Shown piece by piece: positions 59,539-64,000 of a DNA stretch of 64,000 bases. Both the position numbers and the translations under genes were made by a program. Under the pieces are notes generated by a model that was given only the letters and a program-made list of their open reading frames with translations, was not told the origin of the DNA and did not search any database. The stretch's first letter is position 1, and the number at the start of each line of letters is the position of its first letter. The DNA comes from Verrucomicrobiia bacterium (GTDB taxonomy: Bacteria; Desulfobacterota; Binatia; UBA9968): assembly GCA_035637295.1 (NCBI GenBank), contig DASPXM010000071.1, positions 3,176-67,175 of the forward strand, in the 5' to 3' direction.

Positions 59539-61494
59539 TTAACCTTGTAGGTTAAGAACTAAGACACTTTCCTCGTTCCAGCGTCCCCCCGCTTGCGGCG
59601 ATTGTTTCACCACGTAACCGTTGCCCTGAAGCCTCAGCTTCAGTTTTAGCGTTTGCGCTTTTTCCAAAGCCTCCCGCAGACTCAGGCCGACGAAGTCCGG
59701 AGCCGCGTCTCCGTTGGTCTCCATTGTACCCGCGCTGTTGGGTTTAGCCACGCGCCGGACTATCGCCTCCAGCTGGCTAGGTAGCGCCGGAATGAGTGCG
59801 GCTTGTTGCGGCGCTACTGCAAGATGCCGCAGAGCGGCTTGAGCGATATTGCGGAACGCTGGCGCCGCGACGACACCACCATAGACGTTCACCTCAGGTT
59901 CATCGATCAATACCAAGGCGACCAGTCGCGGGTCGTTTGCCGGGACGAAGCCGACGAACGAGGCCACCCGTTTCTTTGCCGCGTAGCCGCCGTGAACCGG
60001 ATCTGCCTTCTGAGCCGTGCCGGTTTTTCCTGCGACTTCGAACCCGTCCACGTTCGCCATTACGCCGGTGCCGCCTTCATTGGTTACATCCTTGAGTATG
60101 GACGCCAGTGACCTCGCGGTCTTTTCCGAGATCACGCGCCTAACTACATGGGGTTGAATTTCGAACACGATTTCTCCCTGCGGACTGACCACGCGTCGGG
60201 TGACGTAGGGGCGCATGAGAAATCCGCCATTGGCGATCGCGGCATACGCCGTCACCATTTGTAACGGAGTCGCCGAGATGCCCTGCCCGAAGGCGTGTGT
60301 CGCCAGGTCAATCGCCGACCAGCTCTCAGGCTTGCGCAGCAGCCCGGGCACTTCTCCCGGCACGTCGATCCCCGTGACCTGGCCGAAACCAAATTTCTCG
60401 ATGTATCTGTAATAACGGTCTTTCTTAAGCTTCTGTGCCACTTTGGTAAAGCCGATGTTGCTCGACACCTGCAGTATCTTAGCAAATGACAACCAGCCAT
60501 GCGGGTGGGTGTCGTGGATGACTTTGCCGGCGTAGGGATATTTGCCCATTTCACAATAGAACAAATCTTCTTTACCGACGACGCCTTCCTCCAGGGCCGC
60601 TGCAGCGAGAATGGTTTTAAAAGTAGATCCGGGCTCGAAACTGTCGGTGACCGCGCGGTTGCGCCGCTGATCGGCCGACTGTTTGCTATAATTGTTAGGA
60701 TCGAACGCGGGATAATTCGCCAGCGCCAGGACTTCGCCGGTGAACGGCTCCATCACGATCGCCACCCCCGACTTGGCGCGATATTTTAGGACCGTCGCCT
60801 CCAGTTCTTTTTCAGCGATATGCTGTATGGAGGTATTGAGTGTGAGATGGACGTCGCTCCCGGGAGGAATTCGCAGTCCTTCAACGCCTTGCACCAGCAC
60901 TCGGCGTCCGAGGGCGTCGCGCTCGGTAACCGAAGAGCCGGCTTCACCGCGGATGTAATCGTTGTACTTGAGTTCCAGTCCTTCGAGCCCTTCAGAGTCC
61001 CGCCCGACAAAGCCGATCAATTGCCCGGCTAGCTGATTCTGGGGATAGTAACGATTGGGCTCGTAAAACATGCCGATCCCGGTTGGGTTAAGCGCTTGAA
61101 TTTTCTCCGCCTCGGGCGACGATACTTGCCGCTTTATCCAGACAAAGGGTTTGTCTGAGGTGAGTTTTTGTTTGACGTCGGCGGCGCGCAAATTGAGAAT
61201 CCTCGCCAGGCCCTGACTGAGCTGTTCCGGATCTTGAACGCGGTGTGGGCGGGCATACACCGACTGCGATTCCATGCTCAACGCTAAGGGTTCACCGGCG
61301 CGGTCGAGCAATGCGCCTCGTTTGGGCAGTACGATCCACTCTTTCAAGTGCTGCCGCTCGCCCAGTTGCATGAGTTTTTCGCCTTGCAGCACTTGCAGTT
61401 GAAACGCGCGCCCGGCGATCACCAAGAACATCGCTAAGAATAATATCTTGGCGACACCGAGGCGGCTGTGATTTCGCGGTAAAGAGCGTCTCAT
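59539..61494 (-). CDS. ftsI: penicillin-binding protein / peptidoglycan D,D-transpeptidase FtsI
   Basis: 651 aa. N-terminal TM. Transpeptidase motifs (STFK, SSN, KTGT). Confidence 0.9.
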   Translation of the reverse strand: MRRSLPRNHSRLGVAKILFLAMFLVIAGRAFQLQVLQGEKLMQLGERQHLKEWIVLPKRGALLDRAGEPLALSMESQSVYARPHRVQDPEQLSQGLARILNLRAADVKQKLTSDKPFVWIKRQVSSPEAEKIQALNPTGIGMFYEPNRYYPQNQLAGQLIGFVGRDSEGLEGLELKYNDYIRGEAGSSVTERDALGRRVLVQGVEGLRIPPGSDVHLTLNTSIQHIAEKELEATVLKYRAKSGVAIVMEPFTGEVLALANYPAFDPNNYSKQSADQRRNRAVTDSFEPGSTFKTILAAAALEEGVVGKEDLFYCEMGKYPYAGKVIHDTHPHGWLSFAKILQVSSNIGFTKVAQKLKKDRYYRYIEKFGFGQVTGIDVPGEVPGLLRKPESWSAIDLATHAFGQGISATPLQMVTAYAAIANGGFLMRPYVTRRVVSPQGEIVFEIQPHVVRRVISEKTARSLASILKDVTNEGGTGVMANVDGFEVAGKTGTAQKADPVHGGYAAKKRVASFVGFVPANDPRLVALVLIDEPEVNVYGGVVAAPAFRNIAQAALRHLAVAPQQAALIPALPSQLEAIVRRVAKPNSAGTMETNGDAAPDFVGLSLREALEKAQTLKLKLRLQGNGYVVKQSPQAGGRWNEESVLVLNLQG

Positions 61495-61838
61495 GGTAAC
61501 ACGATGATCTGGCCTTTCTCGGGCGGCACCAGTCCTAGGCGAGTGCGCGCGAGTTTGCCAAGACGATCCGGCGACGTCATGGTAGCCAGCTCTATTTTCA
61601 ATTCGCGATTTTCCTGTTCCAGACGGCCATGCAGTTTACTCATCGTCGAAAGCGCGTAACCCATTTGGACCACCTGAAGCCTCAACCACACCTGCATCAG
61701 GGCCACACCGATCAAAGCGATCGCGAAAAGCCCAAGAACGAAAATCCGTCGACGCCGGGCGGCCTGCTCGATGCGCTCCGATTCTCCCCGCGGAACTCTA
61801 GCTAACTTGCGCGATCGCGCGCTGCCCGCCGCAGCCAT
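61491..61838 (-). CDS. ftsL: cell division protein FtsL
   Basis: 115 aa. Single TM plus coiled-coil (LEQENRELKIELA). ATGA overlap with ftsI. Confidence 0.7.
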   Translation of the reverse strand: MAAAGSARSRKLARVPRGESERIEQAARRRRIFVLGLFAIALIGVALMQVWLRLQVVQMGYALSTMSKLHGRLEQENRELKIELATMTSPDRLGKLARTRLGLVPPEKGQIIVLP

Positions 61839-61844
61839 GGGCGT

Positions 61845-62771
61845 TTAGATCCTCTCTACGGCGCGCATTTTCGCCGTGCGGGCGCGCGGGTTGGCATGAA
61901 TTTCACTCGCCGAGGGAATTATCGGTTTCTTTGTTAACAGCTTCACTTTCTGGCTCCAGCCGCATCGGCAGCTGAGCGCTCGCGGCGGGCAGAGACAAGC
62001 GCGGTTCCATTTGCGAAATGCCGTCTTGACGATGCGGTCCTCCAGGGAATGGAACGAAATAATCACCATCCGTCCGCCCGGCCGAAGCGTTTCATAACCG
62101 TTCTCCAAGAACTGCTCGAGTTGCTGCAATTCTTGATTCACGGCGATTCGCAGTGCTTGGAAAACCTGCGTCGCCGGATGGTGATCGCGCCGACCGCTGC
62201 CTTTTACGCGCTCGATAATCTGGACAAGCTGTGTGGTTGTCTCTACTGTATGCTGTTTTCGCCCGGCGACGATCGCCTGAGCAATGCGCCGTGCTCGCGG
62301 CTCTTCGCCGTAAAGGCGAAAGATTCGTTCCAGCTGCTCCACCGCAAATGAATTCACGATCTGCCACGCATCGACGGACTGGCGCCGGTCCATCCGCATG
62401 TCCAGCCTCGCCGCGCCGCGAAAGCTAAAACCTCTTTCCGGAGAATCGATTTGATCGGATGAAATACCCAAATCCAAGATAACTCCGTCAACGCCATCCC
62501 AGCCGATTTCAGTGAGAATATCTTTCGCATCCGCGAAGCTCGCCTGACGCGCGATCACGCGTCCTTCGAATCGCCCCAGGCGTTTCTGCGTCTCCGCCAG
62601 TGCTGTGTCGTCCCGATCCAACGCTAGGACTTGTCCGTCTGGACTACTCTCGATCAGAATCTGCTCGGCGTGCCCCCCGCCCCCCACTGTGCCATCGAAA
62701 TATCGTTTGCCTGGTTCGGGCCTGAGACACTCGATCACCTCCCGGACCAGTACGGAGACATGCGCGGACAC
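61845..62771 (-). CDS. rsmH: 16S rRNA (cytosine1402-N4)-methyltransferase
   Basis: HVSVLVREVIECL ... DGTVGGGGHAEQIL. GTG start 6 nt after the stop of the preceding gene. Confidence 0.9.
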   Translation of the reverse strand: MSAHVSVLVREVIECLRPEPGKRYFDGTVGGGGHAEQILIESSPDGQVLALDRDDTALAETQKRLGRFEGRVIARQASFADAKDILTEIGWDGVDGVILDLGISSDQIDSPERGFSFRGAARLDMRMDRRQSVDAWQIVNSFAVEQLERIFRLYGEEPRARRIAQAIVAGRKQHTVETTTQLVQIIERVKGSGRRDHHPATQVFQALRIAVNQELQQLEQFLENGYETLRPGGRMVIISFHSLEDRIVKTAFRKWNRACLCPPRALSCRCGWSQKVKLLTKKPIIPSASEIHANPRARTAKMRAVERI

Positions 62772-62774
62772 CGC

Positions 62775-63137
62775 TCAGTGACTCGTCCCGTCACCCTCCC
62801 AATCATCGTCGAAGCTTTCGATAGCGTCTTCGAGTGACGTATAATCTTCGAAGAAACGATCCATGCCGACAACTTTAAAAATGTCACGTAGGAACGGACT
62901 CATGCCTGCCAATTTGAGATCGCCGTTCAAGTTCCGCAAAAGCTTCAGCCGCTCGAGGAGAACTCCGATGCTCAAATAATTGATATGGTCCACCGACTTG
63001 AGATTAAGAATAACCTTCGTCCGTTCCTTTTCAATCAGCGAACCGATGGCGTTCTTGATGCGGATCATTTCACGAAAATCGATATCGCCAGTGACGTCGA
63101 GCACCGAGATATCTTGGATAGGCTTTCGCTCTAGCAT
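62775..63137 (-). CDS. STAS-domain protein (anti-sigma-factor-antagonist fold) with acidic C-terminal tail
   Basis: 120 aa. ATG at 63137 with AGGAG 9 nt upstream. SpoIIAA/RsbV-like beta-alpha pattern (VLDVTGDIDF ... LKSVDHINYLSIGVLLERLK). Confidence 0.6.
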   Translation of the reverse strand: MLERKPIQDISVLDVTGDIDFREMIRIKNAIGSLIEKERTKVILNLKSVDHINYLSIGVLLERLKLLRNLNGDLKLAGMSPFLRDIFKVVGMDRFFEDYTSLEDAIESFDDDWEGDGTSH

Positions 63138-63183
63138 TCACTCTTCTCCTTTCACCGACTTCGGCCGCCGCACGCTTGCATCT

Positions 63184-63636
63184 CTACAGTCCCAGATCGC
63201 CGAGAAAATCAGGATCCTGCATTAACTTGTCCTCGGCCTCGACAAAGATTTTCTTCCACGCTTCTCGATCCCACACGCGAAACTTTTCGAGAGCTGACAC
63301 CAACACGATGTCCCTCTTTAGATCGGCGTATTTTCGCAGCACGGGAGGAATGAGGACTCGGCCGTGGGTATCAAGACTGCAATCGCAAGCCGACCCAAGG
63401 TAATAATTTTGAAACCGCACGACGCGAGGATCAAACTTAGGCTTCTTGCGGATTTCCTCTTCGAACCTTAGCCACGCGTCGATCGGATACACATCGAGGC
63501 AACGCTGTCCGTCGATCACGAAGTTCGTAATGATGATCCGTTCGTCGCCCTTGCCGACCAGCACGTCGCGGAACTTCGACGGGATGCTGAGACGTCCCTT
63601 GTTGTCCAGGGTGTGCTCAAAGCTGCCACGAAACAT
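63184..63636 (-). CDS. mraZ: transcriptional regulator MraZ
   Basis: MFRGSFEHTLDNKGRLSIPSKFR. Two DXXXR MraZ domains. 150 aa. Confidence 0.9.
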   Translation of the reverse strand: MFRGSFEHTLDNKGRLSIPSKFRDVLVGKGDERIIITNFVIDGQRCLDVYPIDAWLRFEEEIRKKPKFDPRVVRFQNYYLGSACDCSLDTHGRVLIPPVLRKYADLKRDIVLVSALEKFRVWDREAWKKIFVEAEDKLMQDPDFLGDLGL

Positions 63637-63677
63637 GGTTTTCTAACTGCCAATGGATTAATTGCGGAGAAACTTAT

Positions 63678-63730
63678 CCCACCTTTTCCCACTAGGCGCC
63701 ACTTATAACTTGCTCTCTACCACCTGTCAA
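63678..63730 (-). promoter_or_regulatory. dcw-cluster promoter (-35 TTGACA, -10 TATAAG, 17-nt spacer) overlapping a three-copy GTGG(G/C) direct-repeat MraZ operator
   Basis: Minus strand: TTGACA at 63725-63730, TATAAG at 63702-63707. Direct repeats GTGGC/GTGGG/GTGGG at 63698-63703, 63688-63693 and 63678-63683, all with 10-bp periodicity. Confidence 0.6.
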
Positions 63731-64000
63731 CAAAAAAGATTGTAATTTGGTGGACTTTTTTGGTTTTCGCTTGCCGGCAGGAAACTCAAGACGCTTTGAA
63801 AGCTCTGCTAAAATGCCGAGGGGGAGATCGCTGTGGCATAGCTTGGTGGAACCCGGCAGGTTACTCCGACCTCATTATCGCCGAGCAGGGGTTACAGACG
63901 AGATCAGGATTCCTGAAAATCAAAAATCATTGGCATCGACCTGGATTCCATAACGGCGCGGAGGGAGGCTCAGTGTACGAATTACTGGCCCCGGCACTCG

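Noticed and set aside
63760-64000. Possible structured ncRNA (SRP/6S/RNase P-like) or ORF (63747-63953) upstream of the dcw promoter
   Set aside because: No match to the conserved cores I can recall (SRP domain IV, RNase P P4, tmRNA ends). The 68-aa ORF has no features. Left unannotated; an Rfam scan would settle it.
1-64000. CRISPR arrays, transposases, integrases, phage genes
   Set aside because: No direct-repeat/spacer arrays and no mobile-element coding sequences were seen. The only repeats are the short REP-like and heptamer families reported above.

Overview
This is high-GC (~60%) bacterial chromosomal DNA. I cannot determine the lineage from sequence alone. I see no rRNA, tRNA, CRISPR array, transposase or integrase gene. 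The window splits into two halves.

**Positions 1 to about 32.7 kb: a dense N-heterocycle / cyclic-amide catabolic island.**
- Four diverged paralogs of the dihydropyrimidinase/hydantoinase cyclic-amidohydrolase family. Each sits next to a Sec-signal NMT1/THI5-like ABC substrate-binding protein. No permease, ATPase or regulator for these is present in the window.
- An ATP-dependent hydantoinase/oxoprolinase pair (HyuA/HyuB).
- Two TRZ/ATZ-family aminohydrolases and one amidohydrolase-2 enzyme.
- A GatA-like amidase translationally coupled to a 67-aa GatC-like protein. This resembles the AtzE/AtzG 1-carboxybiuret hydrolase pair.
- A Rieske ferredoxin -> UbiD decarboxylase -> substrate-binding protein -> aminohydrolase operon.
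- A ROK kinase and a ModA-like binding protein with no signal peptide, preceded by a 560-bp ORF-free leader.
- Two paralogous pairs of split TPP-enzyme subunits (sulfopyruvate/phosphonopyruvate-decarboxylase-like). They sit at 1.6 kb and 31.6 kb, bracketing the island.
- Several disrupted genes: an M20 peptidase, a four-helix-bundle protein, an MmgE/PrpD gene, and truncated amidohydrolase and luciferase-like-monooxygenase (LLM) remnants. Every frameshift sits at a homopolymer run. These are either real pseudogenes or sequencing indels.

**Positions 33 to 64 kb: housekeeping genes.**
- smpB, panC, panB, a deoxynucleoside kinase, a NagZ-like hexosaminidase, a plant-type glutamate-cysteine ligase, mtnA, acpS, an HxlR regulator, an HtrA-like protease, a LivJ-like binding protein and ddl.
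- A complete division-and-cell-wall (dcw) cluster on the minus strand: mraZ, a STAS-domain gene, rsmH, ftsL, ftsI, murE, murF, mraY, murD, ftsW, murG, murC, murB, ftsQ, ftsA, ftsZ.
- A recognisable promoter (-35 TTGACA, -10 TATAAG) and a three-copy GTGG(G/C) MraZ operator upstream of mraZ.

**Repeats.**
- A REP-like inverted array of TGGAGTG octamers occurs at two intergenic sites, panC/panB and murC/murB.
- A GTTCAAN tandem-heptamer family occurs at two intergenic sites inside the island.

The ORF track treats GTG and TTG as Met. I re-picked starts where an ATG with a Shine-Dalgarno sequence or a signal peptide made a different start more plausible.
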